Shown: positions 20,261 to 29,560 of the stretch, in pieces | How positions within the stretch are numbered: position 1 is the stretch's first letter | Layout of the letters: each line of letters starts with the position of its first letter | Notes under the pieces: generated by a model | What the model saw: only the letters and a program-made list of their open reading frames with translations | Database searches by the model: none | What the model was told of the DNA's origin: nothing | Position numbers and translations under genes: made by a program | Assembly (NCBI GenBank): GCA_003171335.1 | Contig: PMYD01000089.1 | Location: forward strand, 34,958-98,957 | Direction: 5' to 3' | Length of the DNA stretch: 64,000 nucleotides | Source: Phycisphaerales bacterium | GTDB lineage: Bacteria > Planctomycetota > Phycisphaerae > SM23-33 > FEN-1343

Positions 20261-20782
20261 TCACAGCATTTCCTCCAGCGGGCGGACAACCTTGCGAAAC
20301 GGCTCGGTGGGCATGGTGAGCGTCTGCCAGCGGGCGCTGCGGGGCTTGGCGGCGGTGCAGTAGTCATCCAGGGTGACGGCGGCGAAGATGTAGTGCCGGC
20401 CGCGATGCACGTGGACGTCCTCGAAGGGAGAACGCTCCGGCGAGCCCAAAAGCCAATAGACGAAAACCAGCACGGCACGGAAACCCGGGCCAAAGACCCG
20501 CTGCCACTGGTGCAGGCCGTCGATATCCTCGCGCGTGACCCAGTTCTCCCACGGCCGGCCGATGCGCCGCCGGCCGACGGCCGCCAGGTCGGGAAACTTG
20601 CGGCCCTTGACGTCCACCAGGAGATTGGCGCCGCGGGTGGAATAGACGATAAAGTCGAAATTCTTCAACTGCGCCGCCGCAAAGGTCTTCTTCTTGGCTT
20701 CATCCACCGCCACGTACGGGCACTGCCGGGCGCGGAGGAAGTTTTCGAAGGCATCTTCGTAATGGTCGCGGCGATGGGCCAT
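20261..20782 (-). CDS. Hypothetical protein, possible PD-(D/E)xK nuclease fold
   Basis: D...(D/E)xK-like arrangement (NFDFIVYS ... LLVDVKGRK). No recognised family. No obvious RBS. Last gene of the ykgJ-hisS minus-strand run. Confidence 0.4.
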   Translation of the reverse strand: MAHRRDHYEDAFENFLRARQCPYVAVDEAKKKTFAAAQLKNFDFIVYSTRGANLLVDVKGRKFPDLAAVGRRRIGRPWENWVTREDIDGLHQWQRVFGPGFRAVLVFVYWLLGSPERSPFEDVHVHRGRHYIFAAVTLDDYCTAAKPRSARWQTLTMPTEPFRKVVRPLEEML

Positions 20783-20789
20783 GGAAGAA

Positions 20790-20836
20790 TTTCAAATAGC
20801 CAATTTCCAATTGCAAATTAGCAATTGGCAATGGGT
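20790..20836. repeat. Short AT-rich palindromic element (CCAATT/CAATTG units)
   Basis: CCAATTTCCAATTGCAAATTAGCAATTGGCAATGG between the hisS stop and the downstream gene start. Same periodic style as the elements at 22683, 24848, 29328, 61210. Confidence 0.5.
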
Positions 20837-20838
20837 TG

Positions 20839-22152
20839 TCATCGGGCTAGTCCCCGCGGACGCGATTGAAGCTCCCTCGCCAGTTCGGCCCTCGCCACGG
20901 GCGCCTGCTCGCCCGTCGCCATGTCCTTCACCACCACCTCGCCGCGGTCGCGCAGCTCCTGGCCCACGATCACCGCGATGGCGGCGCCTTTCTGGCCGGC
21001 GGCGCGAAGCTGCTTGCCCAGGGCCTGGCGCTTATAGGAGAAGCCGGCCGCCAGGCCCGCGCGGCGAAGTTCAGCCACGATCGCCAAGGCGTCGTCAAAC
21101 ATGCCCTCGCCGGCGTCGATGATGAAGCAGTCGCAGCGCTCGGCGAAATCCGGCAGCTTGCCCTTTTCCGCCAGCAAGATGCCCAGCACGATATCGCCCA
21201 TGCCAAAACCGGTGGCGCCGATCTTGGGGCCGCCCAGGAGTTCCAGCAGGTTGTCGTACCGGCCGCCGCCAGCCAGGGCCCGCAAGGCGCGGCCGCTGTC
21301 GAAGGCCTCGTAGACGACGCCGGTGTAGTACGCCAGGCCGCGCACGACGTGCAGGTCGAGCTTCACGTAATCCCCGGCCCCCATGGCGCCGAGCAGCTTG
21401 AGCACCTCTTCCAGCGCAGCGCGCGCTGTGGCCACCGCGTCGGTGGGTTCCAGATAGCCGATGGCCTCTGCCAGCGTCGTGGAATCCTGGAATCGCCGCA
21501 GCCGGTCGATCTGAGCGGCCTCCAGGCCGGCCTTGAGCGCCATCTCCTCGAACGCCTCGGGGGGGACCTTGTCGCGCTTGTCCAGGACCGGCAACACGGC
21601 CTCGTGTTTTTCATTCGCCACGCCCACGGAAGCCAGCGCCGCCGCCAGCAGCGACCGGCTGGAGAGAAAGACCGCCGCATCGGCGGGCGAAAGGTTCAGC
21701 TCGGCCAGCAGGTCCACCAGCGTGAAGATGCATTCGGCATCGGCCAGGACCTCGTCGGAGCCGACGACATCCACGTTCCACTGGTAAAACTCGCGGCCCC
21801 GGCCTTTTTGGGGATTTTCCGCCCGGCACACGTGCGGGATGCTGAACCACTTGATCGGTCGGGGCAGCCCGCCGATGCGGGCGTTGATCATCCGCGCCAG
21901 CGAGGGCGTGATTTCCGGCGCGATGGCCAGCTCGCGGCCGCCGCGGTCCACCAGGCTGAACAGTTCGCTGACGATGCCCTCGCCGCTCTTGACGCGGAAA
22001 AGATCGAGGTACTCCAGCATGGCCGCCTCGTACTCGACGAAACCGTTGCGGATGGAGACCCGTCGCCAGGCGTCGACGAGGTAGTTGCGCAGGGCCATCT
22101 GCTCGGGGTAAAAGTCGCGAAAACCTTTGACGGTCTGAAAACTTCCGGCCAT
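20839..22152 (-). CDS. hisS: Histidine--tRNA ligase
   Basis: Start MAGSFQTVKGFRDFYPEQMA... (class II aaRS motif 1 region) and a HisRS anticodon-binding C-terminus. ATG at 22152. Confidence 0.9.
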   Translation of the reverse strand: MAGSFQTVKGFRDFYPEQMALRNYLVDAWRRVSIRNGFVEYEAAMLEYLDLFRVKSGEGIVSELFSLVDRGGRELAIAPEITPSLARMINARIGGLPRPIKWFSIPHVCRAENPQKGRGREFYQWNVDVVGSDEVLADAECIFTLVDLLAELNLSPADAAVFLSSRSLLAAALASVGVANEKHEAVLPVLDKRDKVPPEAFEEMALKAGLEAAQIDRLRRFQDSTTLAEAIGYLEPTDAVATARAALEEVLKLLGAMGAGDYVKLDLHVVRGLAYYTGVVYEAFDSGRALRALAGGGRYDNLLELLGGPKIGATGFGMGDIVLGILLAEKGKLPDFAERCDCFIIDAGEGMFDDALAIVAELRRAGLAAGFSYKRQALGKQLRAAGQKGAAIAVIVGQELRDRGEVVVKDMATGEQAPVARAELARELQSRPRGLAR

Positions 22153-22220
22153 GAATCTCGTTCTCCGGGTGGCACAGGCTTTTAGCCTGTGTCGGGCCGC
22201 AGGCTCAAGGCTGTGCCAAC

Positions 22221-22616
22221 TCACTTCGCTTTTCGTGCGCCCTTGCCCTTGGCCTTCTTCGGCACTTTGGTTTTTCGTTTCAGCCGCTTCCGGGCATACT
22301 CGACGATCTGCTCGGGATGCGTGAAGAACAGCTTATACTCGTAATCCCCGCCGCGATAGTCGCAGCCGTCGCTGCTGTATTCCCGGCAGATCTGCGGCCG
22401 CCGGGCATAGATCGTGCAGCGGCTCTGGGCATCCAGGTGCCGGCAGGGCGTCGTGACGCTGACATACCACTGCCCCTCCGTCACAAACACCGTGACGCCC
22501 TCATGCATCAGAAACCAGCGCACCTCCTCGAACGCCTCGGTATCCTTCGGCTCGTCGAACGGCAGCGCAATGTAGCGGCAGCACGCGGCCGGACAGCGAT
22601 GGCAGAGGGATTTCAT
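22221..22616 (-). CDS. YkgJ-family cysteine-cluster protein (UPF0153, CxxCxxCC)
   Basis: MKSLCHRCPAACCRY... plus a second Cys cluster and a basic Lys-rich tail. Confidence 0.7.
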   Translation of the reverse strand: MKSLCHRCPAACCRYIALPFDEPKDTEAFEEVRWFLMHEGVTVFVTEGQWYVSVTTPCRHLDAQSRCTIYARRPQICREYSSDGCDYRGGDYEYKLFFTHPEQIVEYARKRLKRKTKVPKKAKGKGARKAK

Positions 22617-22682
22617 GGGGCTGGATTATAGGCCGCGAGGCTTTCGATTAGAAGGTTAGGTCTCTCGTGAAGGGGAGAGAAA

Positions 22683-22853
22683 AAATCCCAAATCCAAAAT
22701 TCCAAATCCCAAACAAATCCCAAGCACCAAATTCCAAACGGGGATGTGCCTGGGGCACTCCTCGACGCGCTGGGCAGATGCTCCGGCGCGGAGTTTGGAA
22801 TTTGGAATTTGGTGCTTGTTTGGGATTTGGAATTTGGGATTTCCCCGCCGCCT
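22683..22853. repeat. Composite palindromic intergenic element: ~55-bp AT-rich arms built from CCAAAT(T)/GGATTTG heptads around a GC-rich palindromic core
   Basis: Left arm ATCCCAAATCCAAAATTCCAAATCCCAAACAAATCCCAAGCACCAAATTCCAAAC. The right arm is its near reverse complement (GTTTGGAATTTGGAATTTGGTGCTTGTTTGGGATTTGGAATTTGGGATTTCC). The core contains GTGCCTGGGGCAC. It sits in the divergent promoter gap between ykgJ-like and cimA. Confidence 0.8.
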
Positions 22854-23231
22854 CCGCAGTTTGATTACCGGCCAAGGCGAGCCATTGACACCCGAAAAGC
22901 ATTGCCTATAATTTTTCCTGTACCTTCGGCACGAAGCGCAGGAGACCCTGGTGCGGACGCCCCTGACAGGTCAAGCTGCCAGCGAGGCCGGCCCGAGCGG
23001 CCGGACGGGCGATCTCCGCGCCGGCATCATTGCCGCTGTCCCTGTACGCTGCGTGCCTTAGGGCTTGCCTCGTGCATCTGGCATGCCGGCCCTGAGGCGT
23101 GATGGCTTCGGGGCTTTTTTTCTTGCCCCGCGGCGATTTGACGGTCGCCCGGCTCGCTGGAAACGGGCCTGAACGGCTCGGCCGGCCGCGACCGATAAGA
23201 AACCCATGTGCCCAGGAGGCATCGAACAACC

Positions 23232-24830
23232 ATGGGCAAGACCGACAAACGCAGAATCGAGATCTACGACACCACGCTGCGCGATGGCACGCAGGGCGAG
23301 GGCGTCAGCCTGTCGCTGGAAGACAAGCTGCGCATCGCCGAGAAGCTCGACACGCTGGGCGTGGATTACATCGAGGGCGGCTACCCCCTTTCCAACCCCA
23401 AGGATGCCGGCTTTTTCCGCGAGATCACCCGGCGCGCCATCCGCCAGGCGAAGATCGCCGCGTTCGGCATGACCCGCCGGCGCGATGCCAAGGCGGATGA
23501 AGATGCCGGCATGAAGGCCCTGCTGGACTCCCACGCGCCCGTCTGCACCATCGTGGGCAAGAGCTGGGATCTGCACGTCCGCGAGGTGCTGCGAGTCAAC
23601 GATGATGAAAACCTGGCGATGATCGCCGACAGCGTGGCCTTCTGCGCCAAACACGGCCGCGAGGTGATCTACGACGCCGAGCATTTCTTCGATGGCTACC
23701 GCGCCAACGCGCCGTACGCCCAGGCCACGCTGAAGGCGGCCCTGGAGGCCGGGGCCACGCACCTGGTGCTGTGCGACACCAACGGCGGCTCGCTGCCTGG
23801 CCAAGTGGCCCAGATCGTCGCCGAGGTCCTGGCGGCACTGCCGGCGGCGCGGCTGGGCATCCACACGCACAACGACAGCAACCTGGCCGTGGCCACCGCC
23901 CTGGCCGCCGTCCAGGCCGGGGCCGTGCAGGTCCAAGGCACGGTCAACGGCGTGGGCGAGCGCACGGGCAATGCCGACCTGACCAGCGTCATCCCCAACC
24001 TGGTCCTGAAATGCGGCTTTGACTGCCTCCGGCCCGGCTCGCTGTCGCACCTGACGGAGGTGAGCCGTTTCGTGTACGACGTGGCGAATCTGAACTTCCG
24101 CAGCGACCAGCCGTTCGTCGGCCGCTCGGCCTTCGCCCACAAGGGCGGCATGCACGTGCACGCGGTGACGCGCAACACCCGCACCTACGAGCACATCGAC
24201 CCGGAGGCGGTGGGCAACACGCGGCGAATCCTGGTGAGCGAGCTATCGGGCGCGAGCAACATCGCCGCCACCGCCGGCGAAAAGTTCCATATTCTCGATA
24301 ACCGGGCGGCCCAGAAAAAGGTGCTCGACGAGGTCGTCCGCCTGGAGGCCGAGGGCTACCAGTTCGAAACGGCCGAGGCGAGTTTCCAACTGCTGGTGCG
24401 AAAGACGCTCGGCGGGGAGTGGTGGCCCGGGCAGTTCTGGGAGCTGGGTCACTTCCGCTGCAACATCTACCGCCAGAACGGCCAGCCGGCCGAGACCGAG
24501 GGCGTGGTCTGCCTGACCATCAACGGCTGCCAGGAGCACACGGTCTCCAGCGGCGATGGCCCGGTCAACGCCCTGGATGGCGCGCTGCGCAAGGCCCTGC
24601 GCCCCCACTACCCCTGCGTGGACCAGATCCACCTGGATGACTACAAGGTCCGCGTGGTCAACGCCGTGGAAGAGACGGCCGCCAAGGTGCGCGTCACCAT
24701 CAGCTTCCACGATGATCAGCACGCCTTCGGCACCGTCGGCGTCAGCACCAATATCATCGAAGCATCCTGGCTGGCCCTGACGGATGCGTTTGAGTATGAG
24801 CTGGTGAAAGCGATGGAGAGGGACGGGTGA
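23232..24830 (+). CDS. cimA: (R)-citramalate synthase / LeuA-family 2-alkylmalate synthase
   Basis: IEIYDTTLRDGTQGEGVSLSLEDKLRIAEKLDTLGVDYIEGGYP is the DRE-TIM aldolase signature of the LeuA/CimA family. A ~530-aa length with a C-terminal regulatory domain fits CimA. RBS AGGAGG precedes the ATG at 23232. Confidence 0.75.
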   Translation: MGKTDKRRIEIYDTTLRDGTQGEGVSLSLEDKLRIAEKLDTLGVDYIEGGYPLSNPKDAGFFREITRRAIRQAKIAAFGMTRRRDAKADEDAGMKALLDSHAPVCTIVGKSWDLHVREVLRVNDDENLAMIADSVAFCAKHGREVIYDAEHFFDGYRANAPYAQATLKAALEAGATHLVLCDTNGGSLPGQVAQIVAEVLAALPAARLGIHTHNDSNLAVATALAAVQAGAVQVQGTVNGVGERTGNADLTSVIPNLVLKCGFDCLRPGSLSHLTEVSRFVYDVANLNFRSDQPFVGRSAFAHKGGMHVHAVTRNTRTYEHIDPEAVGNTRRILVSELSGASNIAATAGEKFHILDNRAAQKKVLDEVVRLEAEGYQFETAEASFQLLVRKTLGGEWWPGQFWELGHFRCNIYRQNGQPAETEGVVCLTINGCQEHTVSSGDGPVNALDGALRKALRPHYPCVDQIHLDDYKVRVVNAVEETAAKVRVTISFHDDQHAFGTVGVSTNIIEASWLALTDAFEYELVKAMERDG

Positions 24831-24847
24831 GCTGGCTTGGCTACCCC

Positions 24848-24951
24848 TGGTCAATTGGTCAATTAGTCAATTGGTCAATTCGGGGGGGGGAAGCGCCTGC
24901 CTCTCTACTAATTGACGAATTGACTTGTTGACTAATTGACCGATTGACGAC
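24848..24951. repeat. Palindromic intergenic element of GTCAATT octamer units, ending 2 nt before the valS ATG
   Basis: Left arm GGTCAATTGGTCAATTAGTCAATTGGTCAATT, spacer GGGGGGGGAAGCGCCTGCCTCTCTAC, right arm TAATTGACGAATTGACTTGTTGACTAATTGACCGATTGACGAC. Confidence 0.75.
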
Positions 24952-24952
24952 T

Positions 24953-27900
24953 ATGCCAACACAACTGGACCCTGTCTACGACCCCAAACGTTTCGAGGCC
25001 GCCGCCTACCAGCTCTGGGAGCAGGCAAAGAGTTTCCATGCCGAGCCAGGCGATGGCGAGAAGTACTCGATTGTCATCCCCCCGCCCAACGTAACGGCCC
25101 CGCTGCACCTGGGCCACGCCCTCAACAACACGCTGCAGGATATCCTCATCCGCTGGCAGCGGATGACCGGCAAGGCGACGCTGTGGATGCCCGGCACCGA
25201 CCACGCCGGCATCGCCACGCAGACGGTCGTCGAGAAGCGCATCCTCGCCGAAGAGGGCAGGCGGCGGACCGATTTCGCCCGCGAGGAGTTCGTCGGCCGC
25301 GTGCAGGCGTGGAAGGATGAGTACGAGGCCCGCATCGTGGGGCAACTCAAAGCGATGGGCTGCTCATGCGACTGGGACCGCAGACGTTTCACCATGGACG
25401 AGATGTGTACCCGCGCCGTCCGCGCGGCGTTCTACCAGCTTTTCGCCGATGGGCTGATCTACCGCGGCAAGCGCCTGGTCAACTGGGACCCGGCGACGCA
25501 AACCGTGCTGGCCGATGATGAGGTCGAGCACGAGACGATCAAGGGCTTCTTCTGGTATCTGCGCTATCCGCTGGTCGAGGGTGCGGAGATCGACGGCAAA
25601 CGCGTCGAATGGGTCACCGTCGCCACGACGCGGCCCGAGACCATGCTCGGCGACACGGCCGTGGCGATCAACCCGCGCGACCCGCGCGCCAAAACCCTGG
25701 TGGGTAGGCAGGTGCGCCTGCCCATCGTGGGGCGAATCATCCCCATCATCGCCGATGACTACGTCGTCATGAGCGACCCCACCAGCGAGGATGCCAAGGC
25801 TCGCTTCGCCACCGGCTTTCTCAAGGTGACCCCCGCCCACGACCCCAACGACTGGGAGATCGGCCGGCGGCACAACCTGCCCGTGATCAACGTCATGGCC
25901 CCCGATGGCAGCATCTCGGACAAGCATGGCTGGACCGACGCCACGGAACCGGAGGCCCAAAATCTCCTGGGCATGGATCGTTTCGAGGCCCGCGAGGCCA
26001 TCGTCGAGTACTTCCGCGAGGAGGGCCTGCTCGAAGAGGTGCGCGATTACGAACACGAGGTCGGCCACAGCTACCGCAGCCACGTGCCCATCGAGCCGTA
26101 CCTGTCAGACCAGTGGTATATCGCGGTGAAGAAGCCGCTTGCCCTGAGCGAGCGCAGCGAGTCGAAGGGGATTGTAAATTGTAAATTGCAAATTGCAAAT
26201 TGGGAACGGGAACATGCGGAGTTGGTTGAAAAACAGGGCGACCTGACGGTGCTGAAAGGCACCGACGTGCCGGTTAATTCGCTGGCTGGCATGGCGCTGA
26301 TGCCGCTGCTGGATGGGCGGCTGAAGTTCGTGCCCGACCGCTACGCCAATACCTACCGCGCCTGGCTGGAGAATCTGCGCGATTGGCCCATCAGCCGACA
26401 GCTCTGGTGGGGACATCGAATTCCCGTCTGGAGCATAGAGTTCTCGCAGGCCCATCATGGCAAAGAAGCCGATGGCAAGCGTCCAGAGCATGTGGCCAAC
26501 GAGATGCGTGACTTTTTCGCCAAGCGCAGCGTCACCACGCAAGTTGAACTGCGATGGCCGCCTGTTCTAGTGGAAGGGAAATGGTTTTTCCATGTCAGCG
26601 CGATGACGCCTCGTGCCAGTCGCCTGCTTGAGTTGCTCGGAAAGGTGCTGAAGCATCACCCGCCCGACAAGAGTGAACTCATGCATGAGATGTGGGATGA
26701 GAATAGGGAACTCCGGGAGGAATTTGGCGAGGAATCCCTTGCAGGGGTGACCAAACTGCGCGAGTGTCTAAATGGTTGCCAACAGGACCCCGACGTCCTC
26801 GACACGTGGTTCTCCTCCGGCCTGTGGCCCATCTCCACGATGGGCTGGCCGGAAGAAACGCCGCTGCTGAAGGCGTTCTATCCCACCAGCGTGCTGTGCA
26901 CGGCCCGCGAGATCATCACGCTGTGGGTCAGCCGCATGGTGATGTTCGGGCAGTATTTCCGGGGCGACATTCCGTTTGCCGATGTGTACATCCACGCCAT
27001 GATCCAGGATGGCGAGGGTCGAAAGATGTCCAAGAGCCTGGGCAACGGAATCGACCCCCTGGACATCATCGACAGCCACGGCGCCGACGCCCTGCGGTAC
27101 ACGCTGGCCGCCATGACCACCGAGACGCAGGATGTGCGCATGCCCGTCGAGCACATCAAGCTGCCCGATGGGCGGGAGATGAACAGTTCGCCGAAATTCG
27201 ACATCGGCCGCAACTTCTGCAACAAGCTGTGGAACGCCTCGCGCTTCGCCATGATGAACCTGGAGGCCCTGCCGGCCTTCGGCGACATCGACTGGCGGGG
27301 CAACCTGGCCGACCGCTGGATCCTCAGCCGCCTGCACTCGACCATTCGCGATACGACGGCGGCCCTGGCGGCGTATCGCTTCAATGACCTGGCCTCGACG
27401 CTCTACCGCTTCATGTGGGATGACCTGTGCGACTGGTACCTGGAGATCGCCAAGGGCCGCATCAACGCGGGCGAGACTGCGCCCAAGGCCATCCTCGCCT
27501 ACGTGCTGGATGGCCTGCTGCGGCTGCTGCACCCGATCGCCCCGTTCATCACCGAATCCATCTGGCAGCACCTCAACGAGGTGGCGCCTTCGCGCGGCCC
27601 GGCCGGCAGCGCTGCCGAAAAACTGCTCATCACGGCGGCCTGGCCGACGGCCAATGCCGACTGGATCGATGCGGCGGTCGAAACCCAGTTCGGCCTGCTC
27701 CAGGATCTCATTCGCTCCATTCGCCAGGTCCGCACGACGCACAACGTACCGCCGGCGCGGGAGCTTTCCGTGCTGGTTCGCGCCAGCGGCGAGCCGGCCG
27801 CACTGGTCGGGGCAAACGCCGGGCTTATCCGGTCGCAGGCCCGGCTGGCGGAACTGACGGTTCGCGCCGACGCCCAGCGCCCCGACTCCAAGGCGGCCAC

Positions 27901-28141
27901 GGTGGTCGCCGCCGGCCTGGCCGCCTTCGTGGCCGACGTGGTGGATGTCCCCGCCGAGCGGGCCCGCCTGTCCAAGGAACGCCAAACGGTGGCCAAGGGC
28001 ATCGCCGGCGCCGAGGGCAAGCTCAACAACGAGAAATTCCTGGCTAAGGCCCCGCCGGAGGTTGTGGCCTCGGAGAAACAGCGACTTTCAGAAATGAAGG
28101 CGCGGCTGGAACAGATCGAGAAGGCGCTGGGCGAACTGTAA
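24953..28141 (+). CDS. valS: Valine--tRNA ligase with two lineage-specific in-frame insertions
   Basis: HLGH motif (PLHLGHALNNTLQD), a KMSKS-region (GRKMSKSLGN) and a C-terminal coiled coil identify ValRS. Relative to canonical ValRS there are extra segments at about 26150-26290 and 26460-26790. Confidence 0.9.
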   Translation: MPTQLDPVYDPKRFEAAAYQLWEQAKSFHAEPGDGEKYSIVIPPPNVTAPLHLGHALNNTLQDILIRWQRMTGKATLWMPGTDHAGIATQTVVEKRILAEEGRRRTDFAREEFVGRVQAWKDEYEARIVGQLKAMGCSCDWDRRRFTMDEMCTRAVRAAFYQLFADGLIYRGKRLVNWDPATQTVLADDEVEHETIKGFFWYLRYPLVEGAEIDGKRVEWVTVATTRPETMLGDTAVAINPRDPRAKTLVGRQVRLPIVGRIIPIIADDYVVMSDPTSEDAKARFATGFLKVTPAHDPNDWEIGRRHNLPVINVMAPDGSISDKHGWTDATEPEAQNLLGMDRFEAREAIVEYFREEGLLEEVRDYEHEVGHSYRSHVPIEPYLSDQWYIAVKKPLALSERSESKGIVNCKLQIANWEREHAELVEKQGDLTVLKGTDVPVNSLAGMALMPLLDGRLKFVPDRYANTYRAWLENLRDWPISRQLWWGHRIPVWSIEFSQAHHGKEADGKRPEHVANEMRDFFAKRSVTTQVELRWPPVLVEGKWFFHVSAMTPRASRLLELLGKVLKHHPPDKSELMHEMWDENRELREEFGEESLAGVTKLRECLNGCQQDPDVLDTWFSSGLWPISTMGWPEETPLLKAFYPTSVLCTAREIITLWVSRMVMFGQYFRGDIPFADVYIHAMIQDGEGRKMSKSLGNGIDPLDIIDSHGADALRYTLAAMTTETQDVRMPVEHIKLPDGREMNSSPKFDIGRNFCNKLWNASRFAMMNLEALPAFGDIDWRGNLADRWILSRLHSTIRDTTAALAAYRFNDLASTLYRFMWDDLCDWYLEIAKGRINAGETAPKAILAYVLDGLLRLLHPIAPFITESIWQHLNEVAPSRGPAGSAAEKLLITAAWPTANADWIDAAVETQFGLLQDLIRSIRQVRTTHNVPPARELSVLVRASGEPAALVGANAGLIRSQARLAELTVRADAQRPDSKAATVVAAGLAAFVADVVDVPAERARLSKERQTVAKGIAGAEGKLNNEKFLAKAPPEVVASEKQRLSEMKARLEQIEKALGEL

Positions 28142-28261
28142 AGATTGCCAATTTGCCATTCCCGAAAAAAAGTGCCCCATCCGGTGAGTCCCGGACGGGG
28201 CGTCCCTCCCTCCGTCGCCAAGGAAGGATCCTCAGCGCGGGGTCTTACAACTGGGAAAGGA

Positions 28262-29242
28262 TCAGGGAACCGGCGCATCGGCCCCGCGCCGGGTCATCAC
28301 AGGTATCGGTGCGATCGGGTACTCGGGGCGCGTGCGAACCAACAGCGTGACGGGCACCAGAGTCAGCAGCATGGTGTACACCCAGATCGAGACGCCCACC
28401 GTGGCCGTCTCCGGCCCGGCGCGCCACACCGGTACGACCTGGCTGACCATCAGCCAGCCCACCAGGAAACCGAGCAGCGACAGCCAGTACAGCACAAAGG
28501 GAAATACCAGGCCCCGGCCGCCGTGGCGGTAGGCCACCACGAGCATCACCAGCCCCAGCAGCAGCGACAGGCCGTAAAACGCCGGCGAATACACCATCAG
28601 GATCGCGCCGGCCAGGGCCGGGCTGTCGGCGGGAACTGAATCCAGCCCCACCATCTCGGGGAGCGAGTGTGAAAACCCGACGCGGGTATCCAGCGCGCTG
28701 CAAACGCAGGCGTGGGTGCTGTGCACGATGACCTGCCATCCCAACAGCGGCGTGACCGTCAGCGGCCCATTCCCGGAGACCCCCTGGGGCATGTTGTACC
28801 AGGGCAGGAAAATGAAGCCCCCACACACGATCAGGATGAGCGAGCGAAGAATCATCCAGCCCATCGGCGGCGCCGGGTCGGATTGCGCCTTGGCCCAGGC
28901 CTGCGGCCAGCGCGTCACATGCTCGGCGACCTCCGCATCCGGCCCGGTAACCACCACCGGCACCTCGGCGGATGGGTCTTCGGCCGTCGCCGCCAGAGTC
29001 GAGGTCCGCGCGGCGGCCAAGCCGGCTGGCGGCGGCTGACCTTTGGCCTGGCCCTCGGCCAGATGCGCCGTCCCCTCATGCGCCAGCACGACCGGAGGCA
29101 CCTGGGACGGCGGCACCGCCCGGGGCGACCCGACCGGCAGATTCACCAGGGCGCCGCATACCTTGCACGTGAAGACCTGGCCCGCCCGGCTGTCGTCCAG
29201 CCGGTATTCCGATCCGCAGTGGCATTTGACCTCGATTGCCAT
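28262..29242 (-). CDS. Membrane protein with N-terminal cytoplasmic zinc-ribbon (CxC...CxxC), Pro-rich linker and polytopic C-terminal domain
   Basis: MAIEVKCHCGSEYRLDDSRAGQVFTCKVCGALV at the N-terminus, then a P-rich spacer and 5-6 predicted TM helices. RBS GGAG. Confidence 0.55.
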   Translation of the reverse strand: MAIEVKCHCGSEYRLDDSRAGQVFTCKVCGALVNLPVGSPRAVPPSQVPPVVLAHEGTAHLAEGQAKGQPPPAGLAAARTSTLAATAEDPSAEVPVVVTGPDAEVAEHVTRWPQAWAKAQSDPAPPMGWMILRSLILIVCGGFIFLPWYNMPQGVSGNGPLTVTPLLGWQVIVHSTHACVCSALDTRVGFSHSLPEMVGLDSVPADSPALAGAILMVYSPAFYGLSLLLGLVMLVVAYRHGGRGLVFPFVLYWLSLLGFLVGWLMVSQVVPVWRAGPETATVGVSIWVYTMLLTLVPVTLLVRTRPEYPIAPIPVMTRRGADAPVP

Positions 29243-29327
29243 CGCTATGCTCCATGCGGCTGCTGCGCAAGAAAACGGTACGGAAAGCTCATCGGGTTAT
29301 TACGCGGGAGACTTTTGCAGTGTCTCA

Positions 29328-29487
29328 GGCCAAAAATCCCAAATCCCAAATCCCAAACAAATCCCAAGCTCCAAATCCCAAAGGGGAACAAGAGGCCCGC
29401 TGGACAGCAGCGCGAGTTCCCGTACGGGGTTTGGAGCTTGGGATTTGGAGCTTGTTTGGGATTTGGAACTTGGAATTTGGGATTTGC
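29328..29487. repeat. Composite palindromic intergenic element of the same family as 22683-22853
   Basis: AATCCCAAATCCCAAATCCCAAACAAATCCCAAGCTCCAAATCCCAAAGGGG ... GC-rich core ... GGGTTTGGAGCTTGGGATTTGGAGCTTGTTTGGGATTTGGAACTTGGAATTTGGGATTTG. The shared core is CCCAAACAAATCCCAAGC. Confidence 0.8.
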
Positions 29488-29560
29488 CGTCCCAAAAGCA
29501 GCGGCAGGACGACCTGAAGCCATCCTGCCGCCGCCAAAAAGACACTCGACCCAGAAAAAG

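Noticed and set aside
20866-22185. 439-aa plus-strand ORF
   Set aside because: Antisense to hisS, whose HisRS motifs are unambiguous.
23058-24194. 378-aa minus-strand ORF
   Set aside because: Antisense to cimA/leuA-family gene with DRE-TIM signature on the plus strand.
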